Source: Candidatus Spongiisociaceae bacterium (GTDB taxonomy: Bacteria > Actinomycetota > Acidimicrobiia > Spongiisociales > Spongiisociaceae). From it: 64,000 bases of DNA. The notes below the pieces were generated by a model. That model saw only the letters and a program-made list of their open reading frames with translations, was not told the DNA's origin and ran no database searches. Below are positions 47,775 through 57,486 of the stretch, one piece after another. Position 1 is the first letter of the stretch. Each line of letters opens with the position of its first letter. The stretch is from contig OZ241841.1 in NCBI GenBank assembly GCA_965202665.1, forward strand, positions 1,888,001 through 1,952,000, given 5' to 3'. The translations under genes and the position numbers were made by a program.

Positions 47775-49190
47775 CTAAATGTAGTAGCTGGTTCCCCGGC
47801 GCAGGTACCGGCCGTCCCCTTTGGAGCCCAGGTATCGGCCGTCGGCTATCAGAACTTTGCCTTTGGAAACGACCGTTTCCACTTTGCCGGTAATCTCCCG
47901 CCCCTCGTAGGCCGAATAGTCCACGTCCATGTGATGGGTTTCCACCGACAGGGTGTGGGCGCGGTTCGGGTCGATGATGACGATGTCGGCGTCGGAGCCG
48001 ACCGCGATGGCTCCCTTCTTCGGGTGGAGGCCGAACATTTTGGCCGGGGCGGACGAGGTGATTTCCACGAACCGGTTCAGGTTGATGCGCCCCTCCGACA
48101 CCCCGCCGTCGAAAATCAGCTCCATCCGGTTTTCCACTCCCGGCAGGCCGTTGGGGATGGCGGTGAAATTGTCCCGCCCCAACTGCTTCTGCTCGCCGAA
48201 AGTGTGATGGTCGCCCATGCAGAACGGGCAATGGTCGGTGGACACCACCTGCAGGTCGTTGGTCGCCAGCCCCCGCCACAGGCGTTCCTGATGCCCCTCC
48301 GCCCGTTCCCGCAGGGGAGGGGAGCACACGTATTTGGCTCCTTCGAACCCGTTCCCCAAGTCGGCCATCTCCAAAAACAGGTACTGCGGGCAGGTTTCGG
48401 CGAACACTTTCTGCCCCCGGTCGCGGGCCAGCGTCACCTCCTCCAAGGCTTCCTGGGCCGACAGGTGAACGATGTAGAGGGGGGCTCCGGTGACCTGCGC
48501 CAGGCGGATGGCCCGGTGGGTGGCCTCCCCTTCCAGCGCCGACTTGCGCACCAGGCCGTGGAAAATGGGGTCGGTTTCCCCCCGTTGCAGGGCCTGCTGC
48601 ACGAACACGTCGATGGCGATTCCGTTTTCGGCGTGCATGGCGATCATCGCCCCGTTTTCGGCCGCTTTCTGCATGGCCATCACGATTTCCCCGTCGTCGG
48701 AGTAGAACACGCCCGGATAGGCCATGAACATTTTGAACGAAGTCACCCCCTCGTCCATCAGCATGTCCATTTCTTTCAGGGTCTGCTCGTTGATGTCGCC
48801 GGTGATCATGTGGAAGCCGTAGTCGATGGCGCATTCGCCTTCCGCTTTCGCCATCCACTTTTCGAACCCTTCCATCGCCGACTCGCCTTTGGTCTGCACC
48901 GCGAAATCCACGATGGTGGTGGTGCCCCCCCAGGCGGCGGCCCGGGTGCCGGTTTCGAAGGTGTCGGCCGCGTAGGTGCCCCCGAACGGCAACTCCATGT
49001 GGGTGTGGACGTCGATCCCGCCCGGGACCACCACCCGCCCGGCGGCGTCGATGGTTTGGTCGGCGGAGATCCCCCGCGCCGCGGCCGAATCCAGGAGGGC
49101 CGCCACCTGCGAGCCTTCGATCAGCACATCGGCCCGCGTGCTTTCGGCGGCGTTCGCCACCAGGCCGTTGGTTATCAGCATGGTGCTCAT
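47775..49190 (-). CDS. hydA: Dihydropyrimidinase
   Basis: PGGIDVHTH, SFKMFMAY, HAENG, ETCPQYL, STDHCPF. Confidence 0.95.
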   Translation of the reverse strand: MSTMLITNGLVANAAESTRADVLIEGSQVAALLDSAAARGISADQTIDAAGRVVVPGGIDVHTHMELPFGGTYAADTFETGTRAAAWGGTTTIVDFAVQTKGESAMEGFEKWMAKAEGECAIDYGFHMITGDINEQTLKEMDMLMDEGVTSFKMFMAYPGVFYSDDGEIVMAMQKAAENGAMIAMHAENGIAIDVFVQQALQRGETDPIFHGLVRKSALEGEATHRAIRLAQVTGAPLYIVHLSAQEALEEVTLARDRGQKVFAETCPQYLFLEMADLGNGFEGAKYVCSPPLRERAEGHQERLWRGLATNDLQVVSTDHCPFCMGDHHTFGEQKQLGRDNFTAIPNGLPGVENRMELIFDGGVSEGRINLNRFVEITSSAPAKMFGLHPKKGAIAVGSDADIVIIDPNRAHTLSVETHHMDVDYSAYEGREITGKVETVVSKGKVLIADGRYLGSKGDGRYLRRGTSYYI

Positions 49191-49236
49191 CGGTCACCTC
49201 CCTTGCGTTGTCTTCTCAGTCGTTGGGGCGGGCGGG

Positions 49237-50532
49237 TCAGCGGCCCGTAGCCTGGCGGATGGCGCCTTCCAGCATGTCGCCGCCCTGGTCGCATTCCTCC
49301 TCGGTCAAAGACAGGGGCGGGGCGATGCGCAGCACGTTGCCGAACACGCCGCCTTTGCCGATCAGCAACCCCCGTTCCCGGGCCTGCTCCATCACCTCCC
49401 CGGCCAGTTCCGGGCGGGGGGCGCCGGTGTCCGGGTCGGCCAATTCCACGCCCAGCATCAAACCTTTGCCCCGCACTTCGAAAATTTCCGGCACCTGGTC
49501 GGACAGGCCGTCCAGCTGGTTTTTGAGGCGGGTTCCCACCTTGTAGGCGTTGGTTTGCAGGTCGTCTTCCACCAGCGCGTCCAAAGTGGCCAGCCCGGCG
49601 GCGGTGGCCATCGGGTTGCCCCCGAAAGTGTTGATGCCCAAAGCCGGGTAGGAGTCGATGAGGTCGCCCCGGCCCACCACGCCCCCGATGGCCATCCCGT
49701 TGCCCAGGCCTTTGGCGAAAGTGAGCAGGTCGGGGGTGACGCCGTGCGCCTGGTAGCCCCAGAAGTTTTCCCCGGTGCGGCCCCATCCGGTTTGCACCTC
49801 GTCGCTGATGAACAGGGCCCCGTGTTCGTCCAGGATTTCTTTGAAGGCTTGGAACAGGCCGTCGGGGGGGGTGACGAACCCGGAAACCCCCTGGATCGGT
49901 TCGGCGATCATCGCCGCCGGATGGCCGGATACGGCCACCCGCAGCATTTCCCGCAGGTCGTCGGCGCACCGGGCGATGAACTGGTCGTCGGGCAGATGGC
50001 CGAAAGGGGAGCGGCGTTTGTAGCCGCCGTGGATGTAGGTGGTTTGGAAGGGGCTGTAGGAGGTGGCCGACCAGGTGGAGGTGCCGGTCACCGCGGCAGC
50101 GCTGTGCGACTTGCCGTGGTAGCTGTGGCGGAGGGCCAGCATCTGGTTGGATTTGCGGTTCTGGCTGGCGATCATCAGGGCGGTGTCGTTGGCTTCGGTG
50201 CCGGAGTTGGTGAAAAACACTTTGGCGTCGGGGATGCCGGACATCTCGCACACCCGCTCCGCCAGCTGGATCTGGTTTTCCATCAGGTAACAGGTGGAGG
50301 TGTGCAACACCCGTTCGGCCTGGGCTTTCACCGCCGCCGTCACCTTCGGATGGCGGTAGCCGAGCATGTTGACCAAGATGCCGCAGAAAAAGTCCAGGTA
50401 GCGGCGGCCTTCGGCGTCGGTCGCCCAGTGGCCTTCCCCATCCACCAGGGCGATGGGTTCCTCGTAGTACAAGGCTACCCAGTCGGGCAACACCCGCCGG
50501 TGCCGTTCCAGCAGTTCAGAATGAATTCCCAA
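49237..50532 (-). CDS. Class III aminotransferase (probable beta-alanine:2-oxoacid aminotransferase)
   Basis: FTNSGTEAN, SYHG, AEPIQG, DEVQTGWGRTG, FAKGLGNG, NTFGGNP; TTG start inferred. Confidence 0.9.
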   Translation of the reverse strand: MGIHSELLERHRRVLPDWVALYYEEPIALVDGEGHWATDAEGRRYLDFFCGILVNMLGYRHPKVTAAVKAQAERVLHTSTCYLMENQIQLAERVCEMSGIPDAKVFFTNSGTEANDTALMIASQNRKSNQMLALRHSYHGKSHSAAAVTGTSTWSATSYSPFQTTYIHGGYKRRSPFGHLPDDQFIARCADDLREMLRVAVSGHPAAMIAEPIQGVSGFVTPPDGLFQAFKEILDEHGALFISDEVQTGWGRTGENFWGYQAHGVTPDLLTFAKGLGNGMAIGGVVGRGDLIDSYPALGINTFGGNPMATAAGLATLDALVEDDLQTNAYKVGTRLKNQLDGLSDQVPEIFEVRGKGLMLGVELADPDTGAPRPELAGEVMEQARERGLLIGKGGVFGNVLRIAPPLSLTEEECDQGGDMLEGAIRQATGR

Positions 50533-50704
50533 GTCTCGCCTCCACGGTCGCGTACGCCCCCAAGAATACCCCACCCGCCAAGGCGCCGCGCCCGCCCCCG
50601 GAAAATTCCCGCCCACGACCGAGTCCCACAGATGTTTGGCTGGCTGGACGCTGAACCGGCTCTTCTCAGAGTCGAGCCCTAGCGCGCTCTGCATCAATGA
50701 GTTG

Positions 50705-51172
50705 CTATTCCTCTTCATCTTTGTCGCGATAGAGGCGTCCGATGATATAAGAACCGGACAAAGCGACAATTTGCACTATGGCTATGACAGCCGCCCAACC
50801 CTCATAGCCCACCAAGGCCATCGTCAGAGCCACGCCCAGCCCGCCGACGCCAAGCATAAAAGCCATCCACTGTCCCCTCGTGGTTGCCTTGGTGCCTGTT
50901 TCCACAACTCTTTGCTCAGTATTCATGCGGTGTCGCGCTTGGGTTATCGATGATTCCAACAGTTCCTGAACGAATCCAGGGGCGAGGGCGTCATATTCTC
51001 TTAGATCCTGCGGGTGTGGAAGCGGAGCCATCCAATGTTCTGCGTAAACCTTCGCTATTCCCCGTTGGTCACCCGGGTCAACCGGATCGACGATTTCAGG
51101 GTTCTGATCTGGATGCTCCCCTGAGGTGGGTTGCGGGACGACGGGAGGGGGCCCGCTAGGTCTTTCGCTCAT
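50705..51172 (-). CDS. DUF2335-like membrane protein
   Basis: APLPHPQDLREYDALAPG..QARHRM..RGQWMAF plus two TM helices. Confidence 0.8.
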   Translation of the reverse strand: MSERPSGPPPVVPQPTSGEHPDQNPEIVDPVDPGDQRGIAKVYAEHWMAPLPHPQDLREYDALAPGFVQELLESSITQARHRMNTEQRVVETGTKATTRGQWMAFMLGVGGLGVALTMALVGYEGWAAVIAIVQIVALSGSYIIGRLYRDKDEEE

Positions 51173-51374
51173 CGGATATGTTGGCTTGGACTAGCTTGCC
51201 GTCGAGGGTCTTGCGGAAATCCCTTCCCAAGGCCTCCCAGTCGGACTTCCAAGCGTTGGCGGTTTCTAAGGCCGACAGGTTGTAATGATCGTAGTGGCCG
51301 AACAGGTCAAAGGTTCTCGCCACCCCGCTCCAAAAGGAGGGTTTGGCCTTGATCAGTTTAGTGCTGAGTCGCAT
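51156..51374 (-). CDS. Small hypothetical protein, copy 1
   Basis: SFWSGVARTFDLFGHY..WKSDWEALGRDFRK; near-identical paralog at 54272-54508. Confidence 0.7.
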   Translation of the reverse strand: MRLSTKLIKAKPSFWSGVARTFDLFGHYDHYNLSALETANAWKSDWEALGRDFRKTLDGKLVQANISDERKT

Positions 51375-51441
51375 GGCATTCCCTACCTTTCACGTCGCTT
51401 GCTCTAATGAGTATAGGCATGCGCTGTGTCTTATGTTGAAT

Positions 51442-51660
51442 AGTCCAGGTAGCGGCCGGCCTTCGGTGTCGGTCGCCCAGTGGCCCTCCCCGTCCACCAG
51501 GGCGATGGGTTCCTCGTAGTACAGGGCTACCCAGTCGGGCAACACCCGCCTGTGCCGTTCCAGCCGTTCAGAATGAATTCCCAAAGTAGCCTCCACGGTC
51601 GCGTACGCCCCCAAGAATACCCCGCCCGCCAAGCGCCTGCCCCCGGGAAATTCCGCCCCA
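51442..51660 (-). pseudogene. Duplicated 5' fragment and upstream region of the class III aminotransferase
   Basis: Near-identical to 50391-50614; encodes GIHSERLERHRRVLPDWVALYYEEPIALVDGEGHWATD then breaks. Confidence 0.88.
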
Positions 51661-51704
51661 GGGGGTGCTATCCGCCTCCGGAGACGATGTTGGCCCTGCC
51701 TAGC

Positions 51705-52780
51705 TGTACATGGCCAGTAGGTTGGTTACAGTCTGGAGGTTGGTGGTTTGCCTCCGAGGCTGTAGCGGGGTCGGTGGTTATTGTAGTAGTGGAGCCAGTG
51801 GCGGAGGGCTTGGTTTCGGGTTTGGTTGTCGGGCCAGGGTTGGGAGTTGGCCCATTCGCGTTTGAGGGTTTGGTTGTATCGCTCCACTTTGCCGTTCTGC
51901 TGGGGATGATACGGTCTGATCGTGATATGACGGATGTCGTGTTGGGAGAGCAGGGAAGCGAATAGGCGGCTGCGGGTGTAGCTCCAGTGGTTGTCGGTCA
52001 TGATCTCCGCGATGTGGGTTATGCCTAGTTGGTGGAAGTGGTGGAGGGCGCGGGCGGTGAACGCGGCGACGGTGGTTCCTTTCTCGTCTGATAGCGTTTC
52101 GGAGTAGGCGAGGCGGGTGTAGTCGTCCACGATGGAGTGCACAAAGGTCCATCCCGCTCCGCTGGCGGGGGCGTTGCCCCGGCCGTGTACCTTCCATCCC
52201 CCGCCGGGGGGTATGGAAGAAAGCTTCTTAACGTCCATATGCAGCAACTCACCAGGCCGTTCCCGTTCATACCGCACCACCGGCCCGGGAGGGGTTTTGA
52301 GCGGTTCGCCGGTCAGCTGGTCGCATTCCCACAGACGCAACATCCCGTGGCGGCGGAGGATGCGGCTGATCGTCCGCTCCGGCACCCCCGTAAACGCCGA
52401 CAATCGAGCGGGCCCCGCCCGCAACCGCCGCCGCGCCCGCAGCACCAGCTCTTCCACCTCCGGGCTGGTACGCATAGGGGAGCAGCGCGGCCGAGACGAC
52501 CGGTCTTCCAAACCGGCCTCGCCTTCCTCCCGGTAGCGGCGCACCCACTTGGACACGCACTGCCGAGACAGGCCCATTCCCCGAGCCACCCGCGCTACTG
52601 GTTCCCCTTCTTCTATTACCCGCAACACCATCCCCAAACGTCCCAAAGGCGACGACCTCGCGTTACCATGCATCCCTGAAGACCTCCTCCCGTGCTATAG
52701 GGTGCTTTCACTCCCCATAACACCAGGAGGTCTTCACTTATGCAACAACCAAACCGTCACCAACGTCCTGGCCAAGTACA
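51705..52780 (-). mobile_element. IS481-family insertion sequence (1076 bp) with 6-bp target duplication CCTAGC
   Basis: TGT..ACA ends; imperfect 25-bp inverted repeats tgtacatggccagtaggttggttac / tgtacttggccaggacgttggtgac; cctagc at 51699-51704 and 52781-52786. Confidence 0.95.
51726..52673 (-). CDS. IS481-family DDE transposase
   Basis: MHGNAR, DRSSRP, PGELLHMDVKKL, IVDDYTR, MTDN, PQQNGKVERYN. Confidence 0.95.
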   Translation of the reverse strand: MHGNARSSPLGRLGMVLRVIEEGEPVARVARGMGLSRQCVSKWVRRYREEGEAGLEDRSSRPRCSPMRTSPEVEELVLRARRRLRAGPARLSAFTGVPERTISRILRRHGMLRLWECDQLTGEPLKTPPGPVVRYERERPGELLHMDVKKLSSIPPGGGWKVHGRGNAPASGAGWTFVHSIVDDYTRLAYSETLSDEKGTTVAAFTARALHHFHQLGITHIAEIMTDNHWSYTRSRLFASLLSQHDIRHITIRPYHPQQNGKVERYNQTLKREWANSQPWPDNQTRNQALRHWLHYYNNHRPRYSLGGKPPTSRL

Positions 52781-54249
52781 CCTAGCACCAGGGTGCTCAA
52801 TTCCCGCAAGGCCGTCGCCAACGATTGGTCCAGCCAGTCGCAGAGGTCCTGGGTCCGGTTCTCGACCTCCTTGTCGTGTGAGAAGGAAAAGGCGTCCCAT
52901 GAGGTTTCTACAAAATCCTTTGCGACGCCATAGTCAGTTCCCTGGGTTCGATATTGGATGCGCCCGAATGAGGTAACGGCCATCACGCCTGTTCGGGGGT
53001 TGCCCACATGGTGGATGGAAACCACGAACTGCAATCGGAATCCGTTGATTTCCACCTGTAGCGTTTGCCACCATTTGTCAGAGGACAGATCGGCGTAGTG
53101 CCCCGATTGTTTGGCGGTTTTGATTATTTGCCTACGCCACAGATACGCATTATCGCTGTCCGGTTCGGCCGCACGAGCGTCGATTTTGATTTCACGTCCT
53201 TGTTCTTTGAAACTCGCTTCCAGGTCGTCGCTTGCTTCTTTTATCCATGCTTGGATACGGGCATGCATTTCTTGCGCGCGTATGCGTACTCCGAGTTTTC
53301 TCTGCTCGGTTTTTGCTTTTTCTTTCTGATGCCAGGCTAGGGCGAAAGCGCGTATTGCTTCTTTGGCGGTTTGCGGCGCAGGAGCGGGTATGGGTTTCTC
53401 CAGCTCGCCGCGTATCGAACGAATAGCAAATTTGGCGAACAACCGGCTGAAAGGGGCTAAATCCCCACTGTTGGCGGTATCCAGGGCATTTAGATATCGA
53501 TCCCTATCCAAGCGGCCCACTACTATCGGCGGGTAGTGCTCTCTTTCTAGAGGGAGAAGTGCCAATGCCCGCGCCACTCGGCCGTTTCCGTCCTGAAAAG
53601 GGTGTATTTGCACGAATCGGTGGTGAAGCCATGATGCGGAGACGATGGGGTGCGCCTTGTTAGCCATTTCTCCATATAGTTGAATCAGGCTATCTATTTC
53701 TCCCGTGACCTGTTCCGGGGGCGCGAACTCCAATATTGAGCCATCGGCCAGTTTCACATTGTTTGGCCAGTTTTTGAAGGAACCGTGGTTGAGCTTGCTT
53801 TTGACATTACGACCCAACGAATCGGTGGCGTCATACGCATCTTGAGTGCTTGTGATTAAGGCGTGCAGTTCCTTGATGAAAGAGGAGGACAGCAACCGGT
53901 CATCTCGCACGAACTCGATTACTAACTTCAGTCCATCCAGTTGGGCTTGGATGGTCGCCAAAACTCCGTCTGAAATATCTTGTCCGGAACGGAAAACCAC
54001 CTCTTTGGTGAGGCCTTCCGCCACCAAGTTCTCTGTGAGTCCCCAGTCAAGGTCGTACAGCCTTTCCAGGATGCCGGTTTCGATGGCCTGTTTGCGGAGA
54101 GTACGTTGGCGCAGGGTCGTTTTGTCGGCTTCGTCCAAGCTGGCGGTGAACTCCCTCCACCGGCTGTGCAGGATATCCACCGCCGTCAGGTCGCGGCGCA
54201 ACCTCTCTTCCACGGCGGGGTCGAGAGGCTGTATCGGGCTCCAGGTCAT
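52738..54249 (-). CDS. Fic-domain protein with C-terminal extension
   Basis: Canonical HPFQDGNGRVAR motif; last codons supplied by the IS481 end. Confidence 0.9.
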   Translation of the reverse strand: MTWSPIQPLDPAVEERLRRDLTAVDILHSRWREFTASLDEADKTTLRQRTLRKQAIETGILERLYDLDWGLTENLVAEGLTKEVVFRSGQDISDGVLATIQAQLDGLKLVIEFVRDDRLLSSSFIKELHALITSTQDAYDATDSLGRNVKSKLNHGSFKNWPNNVKLADGSILEFAPPEQVTGEIDSLIQLYGEMANKAHPIVSASWLHHRFVQIHPFQDGNGRVARALALLPLEREHYPPIVVGRLDRDRYLNALDTANSGDLAPFSRLFAKFAIRSIRGELEKPIPAPAPQTAKEAIRAFALAWHQKEKAKTEQRKLGVRIRAQEMHARIQAWIKEASDDLEASFKEQGREIKIDARAAEPDSDNAYLWRRQIIKTAKQSGHYADLSSDKWWQTLQVEINGFRLQFVVSIHHVGNPRTGVMAVTSFGRIQYRTQGTDYGVAKDFVETSWDAFSFSHDKEVENRTQDLCDWLDQSLATALRELSTLVLGVLGQDVGDGLVVA

Positions 54250-54271
54250 GATCCCGCCGGAGGCGATCTGG

Positions 54272-54508
54272 TCAGGGGGCGGTGGGACCTGTTTGGTCTT
54301 GGCTCGTCGGGTTCTTGACGGGGACGGGCTGGCCGCCGAGGGCCTTGCGGAAATCCTCTCCCAGGGCCTCCCAGTCGGACTTCCAAGCGTTGGCGGTTTC
54401 CAAGGCCGAAAGGTTGTAATGGTCGTAGTGGCCGAACAGGTCAAAGGTTCTCGCTACCCCGTCCCAAAAGGAGGGTATGTCCTTGATCAGTTTAGTGCTG
54501 AGTCGCAT
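54272..54508 (-). CDS. Small hypothetical protein, copy 2
   Basis: MRLSTKLIKDIPSFWDGVARTFDLFGHYDHYNLSALETANAWKSDWEALGEDFRK. Confidence 0.7.
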   Translation of the reverse strand: MRLSTKLIKDIPSFWDGVARTFDLFGHYDHYNLSALETANAWKSDWEALGEDFRKALGGQPVPVKNPTSQDQTGPTAP

Positions 54509-54604
54509 CGTCTCCCTTTCCATTCGCGGCCGCTTGCTCTATCAGTTTAGGCATGCGTTGCGTCCTGTGATGAACAGTGAGCGCCGGCGCCCGTTCCCGT
54601 CGGG

Positions 54605-55447
54605 TCAGGGGGCGGTTAGGCTTTCGTAGGCGTCGGGGCGGCGGTCTCGGTAGAAGGCCCACACTTTGCGCACCTCGTCGATCATGTCCATGTCCAGGTC
54701 ACGCACCACCAACTCCTCTTCGGTGTCGGAGGCGGGGTCGCCCACCAGTTGCCCGCGGGGATTCACGAAATAGGAGGAGCCGTAGAAATCGTTTTCCCCG
54801 TAGGGCTCGGTTCCCACCCGGTTGATGGCCCCGATGAAAAACTCGTTGGCCACCGCCGAGGCGGGTTGCTCCAGGTTCCACAGGTACATGGACAGGCCCC
54901 GGCTGGTGGCCGACGGGTTGAACACCAGTTTGGCCCCCGCCAAGCCCAGGGCCCGCCACCCTTCCGGGAAATGGCGGTCGTAGCAGATGTAGACACCGAT
55001 GCGCCCCGCCGCGGTGTCGAACACCGGATAGCCCAGGTTGCCGGGGCGGAAATAAAACTTCTCCCAGAAGCCGGGCAGGTGCGGGATGTGGGTTTTGCGG
55101 TACTTGCCCAGATAGGCGCCGTCGGCGTCGATCACCGCCGCCGTGTTGTATAAGAACCCGTCGTCCTCTTTTTCGTAGACGGGGACCACCAGCACCATCT
55201 CCGTCTCCTTGGCGGCTTGGATCATCCGCTGCACGGTGGGGCCGTCCGGCACTCGCTCGGCGGTGTCCTTATGATCGTCGTCCTGCACCTGGCAGAAGTA
55301 GGGGCCGTTGAACAGCTCCTGGAAGCACATCACCCGGGCCCCCTGCTCGGCCGCCCGGCGGGCGAAGCCGACGCTCTTGTCCACCATCGTTTCCAAGTCG
55401 CCGGTCCACGCCGTTTGGACGATGGCCGCCCGGATGATGTTCGCCAT
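54605..55447 (-). CDS. Nitrilase-family carbon-nitrogen hydrolase (probable beta-ureidopropionase)
   Basis: CFQELF, KYRKTHIP, ICYDRHFPE catalytic triad; pyrimidine-cluster context. Confidence 0.9.
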   Translation of the reverse strand: MANIIRAAIVQTAWTGDLETMVDKSVGFARRAAEQGARVMCFQELFNGPYFCQVQDDDHKDTAERVPDGPTVQRMIQAAKETEMVLVVPVYEKEDDGFLYNTAAVIDADGAYLGKYRKTHIPHLPGFWEKFYFRPGNLGYPVFDTAAGRIGVYICYDRHFPEGWRALGLAGAKLVFNPSATSRGLSMYLWNLEQPASAVANEFFIGAINRVGTEPYGENDFYGSSYFVNPRGQLVGDPASDTEEELVVRDLDMDMIDEVRKVWAFYRDRRPDAYESLTAP

Positions 55448-55528
55448 AGGTTCTCCTCTCGGTCCGCGGCCCGCGCCCGAGCCGCTTGCCTCCGTCTTGC
55501 GTCCGCCGCGCCCCCGCGGCCCGGCGGT

Positions 55529-56632
55529 TTATTCGCCGCCGGGGTTGAGGGCGACGGTGGTGCGTTGCCAGCCGGAGCCGACCGTGTCCAAGCCGTCGTC
55601 GTTGAGGGCGTTGACCGCGTTTTGGGCGAAGTCGGTGCGGTAGGCGCCTGCGCCGGGATCGGCCGAGATCACGTTTTGGCCGGTGGCCACTTCGATGGTC
55701 TGCCTCCACAGGTTGGCGTCCATCACGCCGATCCCGTTCGGGGAGGGCCAGATCAGGCCGTTGATTTCGTTCATCTGCCAGGTCTGATGGCTGCGTCCCA
55801 AAGTGGGGCCGGCCGCCAACACGATGTCCACGCACGAATCCGGGTTGTCCCGGCAGTGGATCCAGCCGCGGAAACTGGCCCGCAGGAAAGCCTCTACGGT
55901 GTCGGAGTTGTTCGCCGCGTACTCCTCGGTCACCCAGATGGCGTCCTGCAACATGGCGGTGGCGATGGACGGATCGTTGAAGTCGATCACGTTCAGGTCG
56001 CTCGGCTGGTACAACTCGCCGGTGTCCGGGTTGGTGGCTTCCAGCACCTGGGCGTACTCGTTGTAGATCATCGCCTCGGCGGCGTCGATATCCCGGTTGA
56101 GCAGGGCCTCCATGTCGAAGCTCTGGGCGACCAGTTCCACATCCGGCACGTTGAACTTCTCGATGGCGGCCGTCAACTCGAACTCGTTGCCGAAGCCCCA
56201 GTTGCCGACCGTGCGGCCCGCCCAGTCGGCGGGGGAGGTGATGCCCGAGTCGGCCCAGGACACCATCAGCGTCCCCGACCGTTGGAACACCTGGCCCACG
56301 TTGACCAGCCCCGCCCCCTCCTGGTTGGAAACCAAAGCTTTGGGAACCCAGGCCAGGCCGAACTGGGCCCCGCCGGTGGCCACCACCTGCTGGGGAACGA
56401 TCTCCACCGCCCCCTCCAGGATGGTTACGTCCAAGCCCTCGTCGGCGTAGAAGCCCTGGTCGACGGCGGCGTAATACCCGGCGAACTGGGCCTGCGCCAC
56501 CCACTGCAACTGCAGGTTGATGGGGGTCAGCTCGACGGGGGCCGGCTCATCGTCTCCTCCGCAGGCCGCGGCCAGCAAAGCCAGGGCCGCCGCCACCGCC
56601 GCCAACTTAGTGAACATTTTTCCGCGCAACAT
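55529..56632 (-). CDS. ABC transporter substrate-binding lipoprotein (NMT1/THI5-like)
   Basis: LAAAC lipobox, LQLQWVAQAQFAGYYAA, AMIYNE. Confidence 0.9.
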   Translation of the reverse strand: MLRGKMFTKLAAVAAALALLAAACGGDDEPAPVELTPINLQLQWVAQAQFAGYYAAVDQGFYADEGLDVTILEGAVEIVPQQVVATGGAQFGLAWVPKALVSNQEGAGLVNVGQVFQRSGTLMVSWADSGITSPADWAGRTVGNWGFGNEFELTAAIEKFNVPDVELVAQSFDMEALLNRDIDAAEAMIYNEYAQVLEATNPDTGELYQPSDLNVIDFNDPSIATAMLQDAIWVTEEYAANNSDTVEAFLRASFRGWIHCRDNPDSCVDIVLAAGPTLGRSHQTWQMNEINGLIWPSPNGIGVMDANLWRQTIEVATGQNVISADPGAGAYRTDFAQNAVNALNDDGLDTVGSGWQRTTVALNPGGE

Positions 56633-56715
56633 TTCTTCCTCCTTGCGTTCGCCCCTATGCAATTGGGTGAATAATACCCCCCGTTTCCGGCCGGGGAGGC
56701 CGAAAACCGGAATTT

Positions 56716-57486
56716 TTAGGCTTTGCGCACCGAAACGTGCCAAGGGATGGCCCGGCGCTCCGCCCAGGAGGCCAGCAGGTAAAGCAGAATGCCGAAGGCG
56801 GAAGCCAGCACGATGGCCGCCCAGGCCTCCTCGAACTGGAGCAAGCCGGCTTTGGTGGTGATGTACTGGCCGAGACGGGCCTGGGGCCCGCCGAAAAATT
56901 CTTTGACGATGGCCCCGATCAGGCTGAGGGCGGTGGCCACTTTCAACGCCGAAAACAGGTAGGGGCCGGAGTTGGGGACCTGCAGTTTCCACAGCACCGC
57001 CCCCCGCCGGGCGGCGTAGGAGTCCATCAACTCCAACTCGGAAGCCCCGGCGGACAGCAGCCCCCGCACCATGTTGATCATCACCGGGAAAAACACCAGG
57101 ACGGCCACCACGAAAATGCCCCCCGCCGGGCTGAGTATCCCGAACCAGGAGTTGGCGATGGGGGCCAGCACGATGATGGGGGTGGAGTTGGCGGCGATGG
57201 CGAACGGCACCGCCCCCTCCCGTACGAAACGCCAGCGGGCGGCGGCCAGGGACACCAGGGCGGCGGCGGCGGCTCCGACCGCCAACCCGGCCACGGCCGT
57301 GAAAAAAGTGCCCCACCCGGCCGACAGCAGGTCGCTTCTTTCCGTTCCGAAAGCGGCGGCGATGGCGGTGGGGGCGGGGAGGATGAAGCCTTTGATGTTG
57401 AAAATGCGCACCAGCGACTCCCAGGCGGCCAAGCCCCCGGCGAACAGGGCGATGGCCGGACCCCACCGGCGCAGTCGCCCGTTCAC
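56716..57486 (-). CDS. ABC transporter permease (TauC/SsuC-like)
   Basis: ILPAP, PIIVLAP, FFPVMIN, LIGAIVKEF. Confidence 0.9.
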   Translation of the reverse strand: MNGRLRRWGPAIALFAGGLAAWESLVRIFNIKGFILPAPTAIAAAFGTERSDLLSAGWGTFFTAVAGLAVGAAAAALVSLAAARWRFVREGAVPFAIAANSTPIIVLAPIANSWFGILSPAGGIFVVAVLVFFPVMINMVRGLLSAGASELELMDSYAARRGAVLWKLQVPNSGPYLFSALKVATALSLIGAIVKEFFGGPQARLGQYITTKAGLLQFEEAWAAIVLASAFGILLYLLASWAERRAIPWHVSVRKA

